Positions 25,854 to 34,977 of a stretch of 34,977 nucleotides of DNA are shown in pieces. This stretch comes from a virus (Duplodnaviria; Caudoviricetes). The DNA lies in the IMG/VR virus record IMGVR_UViG_3300020045_009886, positions 1 through 34,977 of that record, one strand, 5' to 3'. The position numbers and the translations under genes were made by a program. The notes beneath the pieces were generated by a model, which was not told where the DNA came from, ran no database searches, and was given only the letters and a program-made list of their open reading frames with translations. Position 1 is the first letter of the stretch; the number at the start of each line of letters is the position of its first letter.

Positions 25854-26095
25854 AATTCTTCATGGAAACGGTTCTTTAGCCGCGTCCAATCTCGGCGCTT
25901 TAGCTTGCCGATTACTTCTGGCGAAACGCCGCAGGATGTAGCAAAGAAATACTTATCTTGCTCGATTCCAAATTTTTCGCCGTGCGTCTTGGCTAGCGCA
26001 ATTTCTTCATCGACACATAGCTCACGCAGCGTCAGCTCTGTAATTTCAAGCCCATCAACATTGACAGGGGTCAGCAGATTTACGGTTAGATTCAT
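25832..26095 (-). CDS. tail assembly chaperone (gpE/gp41-like)
   Basis: L.TPV.VDG.EITELTLRE, CGVSPEVI.KL..RDW; between tube and tape measure. Confidence 0.82.
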   Translation of the reverse strand: MNLTVNLLTPVNVDGLEITELTLRELCVDEEIALAKTHGEKFGIEQDKYFFATSCGVSPEVIGKLKRRDWTRLKNRFHEELGNVEPE

Positions 26096-26146
26096 TTCAA
26101 TACCTATATTGGATAGCGAGGCCGAAGCCCCGCTTTGATTTGCTAA

Positions 26147-26647
26147 TTATACGCCCAAAGCAGAGCGCATGCCCGCCAGCTGATCGACGCCGCCGATGAT
26201 TCGCTTCATGTTGATAATGTCGATATCAACAAGCGTTTCACCCGCAATGCTTTCGCTGTAGCGATTGCAGTTAGCGCTGACCTGCATCGAGCCTTTTTCG
26301 CCCTGCTTCCAGTCGTCGCGCCCAATCTGTTTAACGCCGCCCTGCAAGCGAACAATCACAGGTACAGCATCCTCGCCCTGCCGCTGAATTGCGCCGCGCA
26401 AAACGATCTGCGTGTCAGCAGAAAACAAGCCGAACTCCTTAATCAAGTTCGGGTCGTACTCGGCAAACGTCATGGAAACGTCGAGCTTTTCCATCCCCAT
26501 ATCCAAATCGACAGGCGCGTCCATGCCAGCGCCGCGATATTCTTCGGCCTTGACCGTCAACTCGGGCAGCTTGCACGATTCGACGCGACCAATGTAGCCA
26601 CGGCCATCGACGTAAACTGCGAATCCTTTAAGTACGCGTGGCAACAT
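26147..26647 (-). CDS. major tail tube protein (P2 FII-like)
   Basis: LPRVLK.F, KLPEL..K.EEYRGAGM, IDIINM...IGGVDQL...R.ALG. Confidence 0.92.
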   Translation of the reverse strand: MLPRVLKGFAVYVDGRGYIGRVESCKLPELTVKAEEYRGAGMDAPVDLDMGMEKLDVSMTFAEYDPNLIKEFGLFSADTQIVLRGAIQRQGEDAVPVIVRLQGGVKQIGRDDWKQGEKGSMQVSANCNRYSESIAGETLVDIDIINMKRIIGGVDQLAGMRSALGV

Positions 26648-28164
26648 TAGAGAATCTCCTCAATGTAAGTGTTTACCAATTTCGACTGGAAGGTAATATG
26701 TTCTGCAGGGTAAGGGGCAGTAAAATCGAAGGTAAAATACACTTTACCATCTGAAATCGATGATGGTGTATTTAGCCCCGGCGTTGGATAGCAATTTCCG
26801 CCAAGGATCGCACCTTGAGCCTGCAAGCGAGCCAGATAGTCATTCACGCCTTGCGTCACATCTTCCAAATATGTGCGGGTGATGTTGCGGTCAACCGCCC
26901 ACATGTGCGCGCGCAAAATGCTGTCGTTAATCATATCCGCCGTGCGCACAACAGACAGGAACGCCCACTTAGGATCATCAGCGCATGTGCGATTGCCCCA
27001 AAGACGGAAGCCGTCAGAGCGAATAATCGTCGCGACTTCGTTTTCGTTCAGCAGGTTGGCGCGGCTTGACGGATCGCCCAGCACAAAATCGATTGAGCGA
27101 GCTGTGCCGATGATGCCATTGATAACCTGATTGGAAGGCGACCACCAGAAACCGCGCTCATTGTCAGACTTGGCAATCAAGCCAGCCACGCGAGCTGATG
27201 CAGGCTGCTGCACGTTTTCGCCGTCGCTATTGCGCACAAGCACAAACGGATCAACGATGTAAACGCGCTTACTGCCCCAATCGCCACGGTCATTAATTGC
27301 CGCCGCATCGTTCGTGTTGGTGCCGTCCTTGATGATCACAGCGCGCAGGCGCTCGGCAATGCCGACCAACTCAGCCACGACCGGATTAGCTAGGCCACCA
27401 TCACGCTGGTGAGTGAAGCCAGGCACGCACAAAATACGCGGGCAGAAGCCGTTAGCCGATTCAGAACCAAGGAACGCATACACGCCGGTGTAAGCGCCGG
27501 TGCCAACATCGACGCCGCCGATCACATTGGTGATGGTTTCTTCTTCATCCGATCCAGCCGCAACACGAACAACAACAACGACAGCGCCAGTCTGATCGAA
27601 GATCGCATCGAGTGCGCCAGGCAGCGTGCCGGACAAGCCAAGCTTGGCGACCATCGCCGGATCGCCAGGCACAAGAACAGGCTTGTTCAACGGGAACGCT
27701 TCATCAATCCCGCCAGTTAGGGCAGTTCGCTTGAGCGCTCCCACCACGCCTGCACCAGTAGACGCTCCGGTCGGTGCAATGGTAACGAGTGCAGCAGCAG
27801 CCGTATTTGCATCAACAGCAGTTTTGAGCTGCGTAGCGGTCGTCGTGATCGCCCCTGCTCCGCTAGTGGCGAGATTGACGACAATATCCTGACCAGTCAC
27901 AACAACGCTCAGCGCCTTGCTGTTCGCTTTCGGATCAATAAACTTGACCGATGTGTTATTGCCCAGCACGCCGTCAAGCTTGGACGTCCATGTAAGCCCG
28001 TTATTGCTTGACTCAACGCCAGTCAGCGCCGTGGCCTTTACTTCAACCTGCGAATCAGGCGCGGTGCCAACGATACCAATGACGGCAGATTTTACTGTCC
28101 GAATTGGACGCGGCCCGTCGTTGATTTCAACGACCTCGACGCCATGTAGAAATTGTTCAGGCAT
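26647..28164 (-). CDS. contractile tail sheath protein (P2 FI-like)
   Basis: FLHGVEV.E, AVIGIVGTAP, FPLN.PVL, PRIL..PGF, GFWWSPSN, GFRLWGNRT. Confidence 0.93.
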   Translation of the reverse strand: MPEQFLHGVEVVEINDGPRPIRTVKSAVIGIVGTAPDSQVEVKATALTGVESSNNGLTWTSKLDGVLGNNTSVKFIDPKANSKALSVVVTGQDIVVNLATSGAGAITTTATQLKTAVDANTAAAALVTIAPTGASTGAGVVGALKRTALTGGIDEAFPLNKPVLVPGDPAMVAKLGLSGTLPGALDAIFDQTGAVVVVVRVAAGSDEEETITNVIGGVDVGTGAYTGVYAFLGSESANGFCPRILCVPGFTHQRDGGLANPVVAELVGIAERLRAVIIKDGTNTNDAAAINDRGDWGSKRVYIVDPFVLVRNSDGENVQQPASARVAGLIAKSDNERGFWWSPSNQVINGIIGTARSIDFVLGDPSSRANLLNENEVATIIRSDGFRLWGNRTCADDPKWAFLSVVRTADMINDSILRAHMWAVDRNITRTYLEDVTQGVNDYLARLQAQGAILGGNCYPTPGLNTPSSISDGKVYFTFDFTAPYPAEHITFQSKLVNTYIEEIL

Positions 28165-28241
28165 TTTCTTTCCTCAAAAAAAATGATTTAAATCAGCTTG
28201 AATTCTACATTCAGGCTGGCGAATAGTCATTACTTAAACGT

Positions 28242-28676
28242 TTATACAGCAGCAGCCGCAAAAAATAGTTGGTCAAGCTGTTCAGACGTTAGACCAAGCA
28301 TATCAGACAAGGCCGAAATCATAGGGCTGTCACGCCGAAAGTTTGGTGCGCCTTCCCAAGCGATAACGATTTTTCTATCTGTAGCTGGATTACCCATGAT
28401 AGCCAGAACGTCATCGTACAGCCCCGCATCTAGCAGCGCCGTTTTGGCCTGCCATGCCTGCACAGACTCAGGAACGATAGCAGCAGGCGGCGCAGGCACA
28501 ACAGCAACAGGGTAGCCGTCATTGCCAGCCACGATCTGCTTGCCTTCAGATTGCGCCTGCAGCAAAGCCGCGTGCTGTTCAGCGGTAATTTCCACCGCAT
28601 CAACAGGTATGGCGTCGTGAATGTCAGAAGCGTAGAAGCCGCCAGTTGACGCCGCGTAGAATAGCTTTTGTTCCAT
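28242..28676 (-). CDS. tail fiber assembly chaperone-like protein
   Basis: FYAASTGGFY..IH..IP.DAVEIT.EQH..LL..Q..GK.I; C-terminal WE.A..FRR.SP..L...LGLT.EQLD.LF. Confidence 0.75.
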   Translation of the reverse strand: MEQKLFYAASTGGFYASDIHDAIPVDAVEITAEQHAALLQAQSEGKQIVAGNDGYPVAVVPAPPAAIVPESVQAWQAKTALLDAGLYDDVLAIMGNPATDRKIVIAWEGAPNFRRDSPMISALSDMLGLTSEQLDQLFFAAAAV

Positions 28677-28686
28677 GTTTTTTCCT

Positions 28687-29145
28687 TTATCGACCAATGG
28701 CGAACCAAGTAATAGCTACTAAGCCAGGCGCTCCGCCGTCGGTGTCGCGACCAATAACGCAAGTTGATAAACTCGACGCAACCTCATCCCAATAAGTTCG
28801 ATCCGCTGCACTTTGCGCCGTGTCTGTACTTATCTGCCCGAACGTCACGCAGAATACTGCATTTGGGAATGCAATAGGGTAGGTAACGGATGTTTCAACC
28901 TGATTAATACCGGTAGTTCTACCCCATTGCAAAATCAGGCCACTTGGCAACTTCTGATAGCCGTTTGTAGTCAGACCAACCGCGAACAAGTCCATCGTTG
29001 GTAGTTTTTTAGTAGCAATGTCTGCTGCCGTTGGGCTAGTCACAGCGGCAAGCGTACCGTCCGCATTGAGTATAAGACGGTCTGTACCGTTCAGTTGCAG
29101 CGAAGCGATTGCTCCGCCCGCGTCGGCCTTTAGTGATACTGTCAT
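28687..29145 (-). CDS. tail fiber module with gp53-like/lectin-type C-terminal domain
   Basis: NGYQKLPSGLILQWG, YPIAFPNA, WFAIGR end. Confidence 0.75.
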   Translation of the reverse strand: MTVSLKADAGGAIASLQLNGTDRLILNADGTLAAVTSPTAADIATKKLPTMDLFAVGLTTNGYQKLPSGLILQWGRTTGINQVETSVTYPIAFPNAVFCVTFGQISTDTAQSAADRTYWDEVASSLSTCVIGRDTDGGAPGLVAITWFAIGR

Positions 29146-29146
29146 A

Positions 29147-29434
29147 TTATGCCACCCTAATCATTAGTACGCTTCCGTTGCGGTACATGCCGCCAACAGC
29201 AACGCCACCCGATGTTGCCGCTGCATCATTGGCGTAGTTCCCCAGCGCCTGCAGCCCAACAAATGCAATCCTGCCATTAGCATCAACAGACAGAATATCC
29301 TGTGTCGTTGCGCCAATATTGCCACGCGCTAACTTAAACGAACCGTCTGGCACAGCCGGAACTGTCAGCACAAAATTTTGTGATGCCGTACCTGACTGTC
29401 CAATCTGGATGCTATTTGCTTTCACTGCGCTCAT
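29147..29434 (-). CDS. small tail fiber module protein
   Basis: MSAVKAN start, YANDAAA..GGVAVGGMYRNG motif; GGAG RBS. Confidence 0.65.
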   Translation of the reverse strand: MSAVKANSIQIGQSGTASQNFVLTVPAVPDGSFKLARGNIGATTQDILSVDANGRIAFVGLQALGNYANDAAATSGGVAVGGMYRNGSVLMIRVA

Positions 29435-29446
29435 TAAATCTACTCC

Positions 29447-29824
29447 CTATCGGCCTATTGCAATCCAATAATGTGATGATGTACCTGTGCTGCAGTACAT
29501 CGTGAAACCCGAAAGCGTCGGATTCTGGAAAGCAGGGTAAGAACTGACACTTGCAATCCCTATGCCACATCCAAGAAACGCATTAGGAAATGCAATTGGA
29601 AATGTTACGGGCGTTCCGGCAACAGTTGCAGAAGCTGCGCCCCATTGGATGATAAGCCCTGATGGAAGTTTTTGATACCCGTTGGCAGTAAGACCAGCGC
29701 CAAACTCATCAGCAAACTTTTTCATCGTGGCAATCAGTTCTGTGCGGTCGCCAGTTGCTGGCGATGCGGCCAGCAGTGATGCACTTGGAAGTGTTAGCGG
29801 CCCTGTACCTGATAGTGTCAGCAT
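29447..29824 (-). CDS. tail fiber module with gp53-like domain
   Basis: NGYQKLPSGLIIQWG, FPIAFPNA, WIAIGR end; ATG 29824 with AGGA RBS. Confidence 0.75.
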   Translation of the reverse strand: MLTLSGTGPLTLPSASLLAASPATGDRTELIATMKKFADEFGAGLTANGYQKLPSGLIIQWGAASATVAGTPVTFPIAFPNAFLGCGIGIASVSSYPAFQNPTLSGFTMYCSTGTSSHYWIAIGR

Positions 29825-29834
29825 ATATTTCCTA

Positions 29835-30719
29835 TTAAACGACAGTCCATGTGGCACCGTTTGCGAGTGTCACAGTCTTGCCGTTGGCGATTGTAATCGG
29901 GCCAGCGCTCATTGCATTCTGAGTGCCAGCTAACGTGTAATCATTATTCACCGTCTGGTCGTTCAGGTAGAACACGGCGTCATTGCCGCCACCCGTAGCG
30001 CCGCCAAGTGAACCCCAAGCGCTGCCGTTGTTTCCTTCAAAGCGGAATGTATCAGAATTGAAACGCAGCTTTCCTGCGCCTAGCGATGGCCGCTGGCCGG
30101 TTGTTCCTACAGGGATCAGGGCTGCACCAGTGTCGGTGTCTTTCTGCACAGACGTTGCAAGCCTAGCAAGGCCGGAAGTTACATCGGCAAACGTCAGATT
30201 CGTTGTGCCAATAATGATTGTTCCATCAGTAGTCAGCTGCCAGCGGCTATTCGCCTGCGTAGTGCCTTCTTCAATTCCAACGATCATGCCAGACGTCAGC
30301 TCGCCGTTGGTGTTGGCATCACTAGCCCGAACCCAGCCGGTAGCGTTGACAACATAGATGCCGTTCTGCGATGCGGTAGTCTGGTTTTTAACCAGCACGC
30401 GCTCGCCAGCAATCACAGCAATCCCATCAATTGTTTGCGGTGCGCTCAGCGTGATATTCTCAACAGTTCCAGCGCGCACAGATTGCTTGTGATCTAGTTT
30501 CGCTAGCTCATCCTGCACATAAGCCTGCGATGCAAGACCAGCCGGAATCGTTGTACCAGATTCCAAGTCATCAACATGCTTTTTCAGCCATGCGGTACGA
30601 TTTGTTAGGTTTTTAAGCGGCGCATTTGTGACGCCAGACTCGCCACCCAATACCGGATCGGAAGTCTCTATCTGATACACGCCTGAATCGTAATTAATTA
30701 CTTCAACCAGATTAGCCAT
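29835..30719 (-). CDS. proximal tail fiber protein
   Basis: GVYQIETSDPVLGG..N.P...L.NRT.WLK baseplate-anchor N-terminus; RVLVKNQT.ASQNGIY; P.GTT.QRP motif. Confidence 0.8.
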   Translation of the reverse strand: MANLVEVINYDSGVYQIETSDPVLGGESGVTNAPLKNLTNRTAWLKKHVDDLESGTTIPAGLASQAYVQDELAKLDHKQSVRAGTVENITLSAPQTIDGIAVIAGERVLVKNQTTASQNGIYVVNATGWVRASDANTNGELTSGMIVGIEEGTTQANSRWQLTTDGTIIIGTTNLTFADVTSGLARLATSVQKDTDTGAALIPVGTTGQRPSLGAGKLRFNSDTFRFEGNNGSAWGSLGGATGGGNDAVFYLNDQTVNNDYTLAGTQNAMSAGPITIANGKTVTLANGATWTVV

Positions 30720-31285
30720 TATGCTGTTCCGTGGTTATAGGTGCCATCGTAGCGAATAGCGTTATTATAAAGGTTTGATGCTTCGGTGAATATCATTTCA
30801 ACCAAATGGCATCTTGCTGGCGCGGTTAGCTTTAAAATTCGACGTACTTCTAGCGACTGCGCGTTAGAAATTGGCCGATCTAAAATGATCCGATAGTTTG
30901 CCCATTGGGTCGTATCACCATAGTAGATAAACCCGTTGTGCTGCTGAGCGCCGTTGTATAAAGCGCCGTAGATTCCTTCTACAAGTGTAGCTGCGCCATA
31001 ACCTGCGTTTTCAAGAGCGCGGCGGATCGACCACACGCTCCCCTTTTTTCGCTGCACCGATACCGACTCGCGTATCGTCTTGCGCTTGTTTTCTTCTGGC
31101 CAATCTGCTGACCATTCATCACAACCAAATGCCCACGCCAGCCAGGGCAATAAATCAGCAGGGCAATTATCCGCATTCCAGATTTCACGCATCGGAACTG
31201 GTACAGCCGAGATTCTAGCCGTCGTGGCTTCCAGCGCGAATTCCTGCGGCGAGGCATTTGGCGGCAGTAGCGGCTGATCACTCAT
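30719..31285 (-). CDS. baseplate/tail protein I (P2 gpI-like)
   Basis: LLPPNAS, W.ADNCP..LLPWLAWA...D.W, KKG, PARCHL. Confidence 0.88.
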   Translation of the reverse strand: MSDQPLLPPNASPQEFALEATTARISAVPVPMREIWNADNCPADLLPWLAWAFGCDEWSADWPEENKRKTIRESVSVQRKKGSVWSIRRALENAGYGAATLVEGIYGALYNGAQQHNGFIYYGDTTQWANYRIILDRPISNAQSLEVRRILKLTAPARCHLVEMIFTEASNLYNNAIRYDGTYNHGTA

Positions 31286-32177
31286 CGATTGCCCCCGCCG
31301 TAACGGTGATTGCCGTGCAATACGGCGCTTGATCCCACTGGTTGACGATTTCAGCAACCGGCGATGTTAGGTTGACCTTCTGAACGCCAGGCTGATGCAG
31401 CGCGGCATAGATGCCGGAAAGCGTGACGTCGCGACCGAGCCGGTGCATATCGCTGGCGTAGGCCGTTGCCGCTGTAACCGCCGCCGACAACACCTGTTCC
31501 TGTCCAGTGCCAGGGTAAAAATCCAAACTTGCGGTTATCGCATAGTTTACGATTTGCGCTGCCTCCACCGATACCGTGTCGCACAATGGGCGAACGGTTT
31601 CCGCATTGAGTGCGGCAACAACGGCGGCAAGCGTGCCGCCAGATGGCACGCCAGTGCCGGTGCGAGACAGCACGGCTACATTTACCGTGCCAGCAATCAA
31701 GCTCTCAACGCTGACGTCGAGCACATCACCCGATGCGCTAAGCGCGTGAAACATATAGCTGCCAATACTGCCTGCTGTGGTGTAACCCTCAAGCGATAGC
31801 AGAATGCGTGTTCTAAACGCCGCGTCGTCCTCCATGACTGCAGGGATAGGCGGGATTGCATCTGGATAAGCAGGGGCAATCTCAAGCCGTGACACGTCGT
31901 AGTTGGCGGCAATCTGATCCAAGTCAGCGCCGGTAGCAAACGCCAGCATAACCGCTTGAGCGCCATCGTTCACGCGCTGGCGGATCAGCATTTCACGGTA
32001 AGCAGCCACCTCTAGGATTTTGTACGCAGGGTCGCTCTCAACCAGCGCCGAAAACGCGGGATCGCGCGCCTGCAAGTCAGCCAGCATCTGCGCTAGAATA
32101 AGCTCGAAGCTTAGCGCTTCCACCACTTGCGGCGCTGGTAATCGTGAAAGGTCTACCGCTGTAAATGCACTAGCCAT
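31278..32177 (-). CDS. baseplate J-like protein
   Basis: DLSRLPAPQVVE.L.FE, ESDP..K.LE..AYRE, AGS...Y.FHALSA, VRPLCD.V. Confidence 0.92.
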   Translation of the reverse strand: MASAFTAVDLSRLPAPQVVEALSFELILAQMLADLQARDPAFSALVESDPAYKILEVAAYREMLIRQRVNDGAQAVMLAFATGADLDQIAANYDVSRLEIAPAYPDAIPPIPAVMEDDAAFRTRILLSLEGYTTAGSIGSYMFHALSASGDVLDVSVESLIAGTVNVAVLSRTGTGVPSGGTLAAVVAALNAETVRPLCDTVSVEAAQIVNYAITASLDFYPGTGQEQVLSAAVTAATAYASDMHRLGRDVTLSGIYAALHQPGVQKVNLTSPVAEIVNQWDQAPYCTAITVTAGAIDE

Positions 32178-32179
32178 AA

Positions 32180-32533
32180 TTAGTTTATCTCGATGCCTTC
32201 AAATTTGACGGGCTCGTTATTCAATAGAATTCGACCTTCCAATCCTAACACGATCTTGCCAGATTCGCTTGCGCTTTCAATGTAAACACGATCCAAACGA
32301 AAGCGCGGCTCCCATCGCACAAGCGCATCAGCCGTCGCGGCAAATAGCTCAAGCTTCAGCAAATCATTCATCGGATTATCGACTAGGCGCGGCAATTCAC
32401 TACCGTACTCGCGGCGCATAATACGCGTTCCGATACGGGTGGTCAGAATATCTCTAATCGACTGGCGCAAGTGCGCGCTACCCGCTACTGGCTTGCCTGT
32501 TGCTGTATTAATTCCTGAAAAGCTCATCATCAC
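32180..32533 (-). CDS. baseplate wedge protein W (gp25-like)
   Basis: HLRQSIRDILTT.IGTR.MRREYGS, WEPR. Confidence 0.9.
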   Translation of the reverse strand: MMMSFSGINTATGKPVAGSAHLRQSIRDILTTRIGTRIMRREYGSELPRLVDNPMNDLLKLELFAATADALVRWEPRFRLDRVYIESASESGKIVLGLEGRILLNNEPVKFEGIEIN

Positions 32534-32796
32534 CCCGCAAATACATTGCTGCTGCCACTGCTAGAATGACCACATGACGCCAAGTCGCCAGCTCGGCAGA
32601 CCGCGATTCCTTGCGAGTAAACTGTGCTACTAGCGGAAACCATCGCGGGTGTCGGGCTGTGTGGCGGCAAGCCGTGTCCAGCAACAAGGTCGCCAAGAAC
32701 CACAACCACAGCGCCATTTGCGTGAACTGTTGGCGCTTGCATCCCTAGCTGCACGCCTCCGGCGGAATCAAGCCCGACTCTCGCGATGCCAGTCAT
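32530..32796 (-). CDS. PAAR-like spike tip protein
   Basis: IARVGLD, H...PH, VCRAGD.ASCGH, GSSNVFAG. Confidence 0.82.
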   Translation of the reverse strand: MTGIARVGLDSAGGVQLGMQAPTVHANGAVVVVLGDLVAGHGLPPHSPTPAMVSASSTVYSQGIAVCRAGDLASCGHSSSGSSNVFAG

Positions 32797-32804
32797 ATTC
32801 GCCC

Positions 32805-33311
32805 CTAATTCAAATCGATTCGTGCGCCGATCAGCTTAATGCCAGCGGCGCTTAGTTCAATTTTGCTGCCGTTGCATTCAAGCACTAGCATTGACCTGTC
32901 GGCGGTTATTTTCGTAACGCCCAAGTCAGCAGTAAGGGTATGTGAGCCACGGTTATATTCAATAACTGTTCCGTCGCTATACTCCGTCTTATCTGAATTC
33001 GGGTCTGCGCTTGGGGCGTCGTGGGCGTCCTGATAAACGCCAGCCACAAACGTCGCTTGGCGCATATCACCGCCAGGCGAAAGCAGCATTCCTTGTTCAC
33101 CGACGTTAGGCGGCGACCAGGTGCGCTTGCCAGAACCCGCCCGCGAGCCAGGAAAGTTAATCCAGTCCGTTTCGATATCGCCAGATTTGACGCGTATCTT
33201 TTTCTTCGCGTAGTCGATTTCCATCACATGGCCGTACCGAATTGCGTTTGCGATTCGGCGCTCCATATCTGGCTGGGTTAGCGCTTCAAATCCCTCAGTG
33301 CGCGCGCTCAT
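32805..33311 (-). CDS. baseplate spike protein V (short form)
   Basis: RRIAN.IRYG.V, T.WI, RAG...WSPP.VGEQ..LLSPGGD, DGT.IEY. Confidence 0.88.
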   Translation of the reverse strand: MSARTEGFEALTQPDMERRIANAIRYGHVMEIDYAKKKIRVKSGDIETDWINFPGSRAGSGKRTWSPPNVGEQGMLLSPGGDMRQATFVAGVYQDAHDAPSADPNSDKTEYSDGTVIEYNRGSHTLTADLGVTKITADRSMLVLECNGSKIELSAAGIKLIGARIDLN

Positions 33312-33630
33312 CTATCGCCACTCCACGCAGGAATGTCGCACCCATTTGGCCCACACAAAGGCGGGTCGGCAGCTACTGAATTTGATAAGTCTGGCGGTGG
33401 TCGAAGCTGTCCATCAGGCTCAACCACGTCAAAATCCAGCAAAACTACATCAGGCTGAATTATCACTTCGCTCGGCGGATTAACAAATCCGTCGTCGATG
33501 AATTCAAAAGCACTATCGGGCTTTTCGTTGGTCAGCATTTCAACATCATACTCAACGATGCAAACACCCATCACAGTAGAACCAAGGCTACTCACGTCGC
33601 TGTGCGTCCGTAGCCACTTGCAATCCTGTA
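33308..33630 (-). CDS. 3' part of a probable tail completion protein, truncated at the junction
   Basis: acidic C-terminal ~105 aa with ATGA overlap onto gpV; the upstream part of the called ORF is the antisense of a plus-strand gene. Confidence 0.5.
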
Positions 33631-34012
33631 CCAACTTGCCAATCCGATAATCACCACGGTTGAAACTACTGGCAATATAAATTTTTACGAAGAAAAAACA
33701 AGATTTAGAATTGACGCAACAGGCCCAGCGCCTACCGGAACCATAACAAACGGGGTACCAGACACAGACATTGCTTTTCCGACAATAAGCAATACCGGCA
33801 GGATAATGAGCAATGCAAAATATGTAGCAGGTTTTCATCAGCCGCCACCAGCATTGCCAACGTTACCAGATGACCTTTCTCACGCCACGGCGCAGGGGAT
33901 GGTTGATATTGAGAAATACATTAAAATCCTGTATGATAATCTCGAAAGGGTATCTGAACAATTTAGGCATTGCGGCACATTTGCATGTGGGCAAGATACG
34001 TCATACTTATAA
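33614..34012 (+). CDS. 5'-truncated tail-associated protein, Firmicutes-phage-like
   Basis: frame is open from 33614 (ILYQLANPIITTV...) and continues in frame into the 33806 ORF; no start or RBS at the 5' end. Confidence 0.55.
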   Translation, partial: PLAILYQLANPIITTVETTGNINFYEEKTRFRIDATGPAPTGTITNGVPDTDIAFPTISNTGRIMSNAKYVAGFHQPPPALPTLPDDLSHATAQGMVDIEKYIKILYDNLERVSEQFRHCGTFACGQDTSYL

Positions 34013-34024
34013 GGGGTACAATCA

Positions 34025-34228
34025 TTGTATGCAAAAACGGTATGGATAGACAGGGATGTCGAAAATCCACGGACGTACACGGCTGTAAATAATCCGGATG
34101 GTACAGTTACGTTTACACCAGCAGAAGGCACAATTATAGCGGCAGGTACAACGGTAAACGCAGAGCGCCTAAACAACGCAGAAAATCAATTGCAATCACT
34201 GGAACTGTGGTCCATCATGGGCATGTAG
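34025..34228 (+). CDS. small tail-associated protein
   Basis: Y.KT.W.DR, G..I..GT.VNAERLNN.E motif; TTG start with AAGGGG RBS. Confidence 0.7.
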   Translation: MYAKTVWIDRDVENPRTYTAVNNPDGTVTFTPAEGTIIAAGTTVNAERLNNAENQLQSLELWSIMGM

Positions 34229-34236
34229 GGGGTTAA

Positions 34237-34542
34237 ATGGCAAACGTACTGAAACAATTTTATGGGGCAACGGCCCCGAATACATTGACCACGGTATACA
34301 CGGTCCCGGCAGGAAAACAGGCCATCATCCGGGAAATCAGTTTGTGCAACATCACCGGAACCGAGGCGACGGCTACGATTAAATTAAACGATAAATCCAT
34401 TGTGTATACACTTCCAATCCCTGCCGGGTACCCATTCCGTGAAGATTATCACCAAATTTTAGAGGCCGGGCAAACAATAAAAGTACAGGCCGGGACCGCA
34501 TCAGCAATCGATATGTTAATCAGCGGATTGGAGGTGTCCTGA
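34237..34542 (+). CDS. phage structural beta-sandwich-like protein
   Basis: TTVYTVPAGK.AII..I.LCN, ILEAG.TI, ISGLE end; AGGGGG RBS. Confidence 0.7.
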   Translation: MANVLKQFYGATAPNTLTTVYTVPAGKQAIIREISLCNITGTEATATIKLNDKSIVYTLPIPAGYPFREDYHQILEAGQTIKVQAGTASAIDMLISGLEVS

Positions 34543-34977
34543 TGGGATTTCCTTTTGATCCGTTTATTGGACGGTTGACAGACGCCGCCGCTGCTGCCGG
34601 GACGGCGCTTGCCAGGCTGAAGTATATTATTGATACCGCGCTTGTAAATCTTGATACTAAAGTCGATGGGCACAACAAAATATTGAGAATCAGCAATACA
34701 ACCTATGCCACCGTATGGACAACTGCACGATCAAACACATGCGGATCAGGTATTTCGGAATATTTTGGCGAATTTATACCTGATTTCGACGGCACGTGCC
34801 GCGTAGTATTAGAGGCCGATTCGACAAGTGCGGTCAACTTCAACGTAACACTTTTTAAACGCGGTGTTCCTGGCGCTCGCGCCTATACTGCGTCCCTTAC
34901 ACTTGACCCGGTATCCGGCACGGCGATAAATACAGAACTTAACAACATTGTGACAACTCCAACCATTGCAGACACGG
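34542..34977 (+). CDS. partial hypothetical (tail-related) protein running off the window
   Basis: GGAGGTG RBS, ATG overlapping the upstream TGA, MGFPFDPFIGRLTD..., no stop before the end. Confidence 0.65.
   Translation, partial: MGFPFDPFIGRLTDAAAAAGTALARLKYIIDTALVNLDTKVDGHNKILRISNTTYATVWTTARSNTCGSGISEYFGEFIPDFDGTCRVVLEADSTSAVNFNVTLFKRGVPGARAYTASLTLDPVSGTAINTELNNIVTTPTIADT

Noticed and set aside
26115-26135. Hairpin after the tail tube gene as a terminator
   Set aside because: The C-UUCG-G hairpin has no U-tract on the coding strand; more likely an mRNA stabiliser.
28687-29824. Diversity-generating retroelement or shufflon in the paired fiber-tip genes
   Set aside because: Differences between the copies are mostly synonymous and not adenine-specific; no reverse transcriptase, invertase or inverted crossover sites seen in the window.
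33308-33838. 176-aa ORF as one intact gene
   Set aside because: Its Cys-rich first ~70 aa are the antisense of a plus-strand coding frame across the junction.

Overview
Most of the window (1 to ~33,620) is a contiguous piece of a temperate, P2-like contractile-tailed phage of a probably proteobacterial host, encoded almost entirely on the minus strand. It holds a replication/recombination region (primase-helicase, beta-clamp-like protein, VRR-NUC, SF2 helicase, HNH endonuclease, C5 DNA methyltransferase, SSB, MazG-like, TraR-like, Sak4-like ATPase, PD-(D/E)XK exonuclease), a plus-strand island (two HTH regulators, attP region, dusA-associated tyrosine integrase), a lysis cassette and a tail/baseplate module. 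No head or terminase genes are in view. The attP looks intact and there is no host dusA gene, so this appears to be the free (non-integrated) form. Unusual features read from the sequence: (1) two tandem dusA att cores 110 bp apart, each with its own arm-like site and its own replacement DusA N-terminus; (2) an HNH endonuclease inserted in the helicase 5' end, stranding the old N-terminus and supplying a recoded one; (3) a 145-aa ORF with its own RBS nested in the +1 frame of the methyltransferase; (4) a TTTAC-N3-GTAAA palindrome covering the -35 box of six early promoters; (5) recurrent ssrA-tag-like A-N-D-N motifs in unrelated proteins; (6) a G-GGA-AAC -1 frameshift with a downstream hairpin in the tail chaperone. 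At ~33,620 the sequence switches abruptly to plus-strand genes resembling Firmicutes-phage tail genes, most likely an assembly chimera. All family assignments come from motif recognition by eye; no database search was run.
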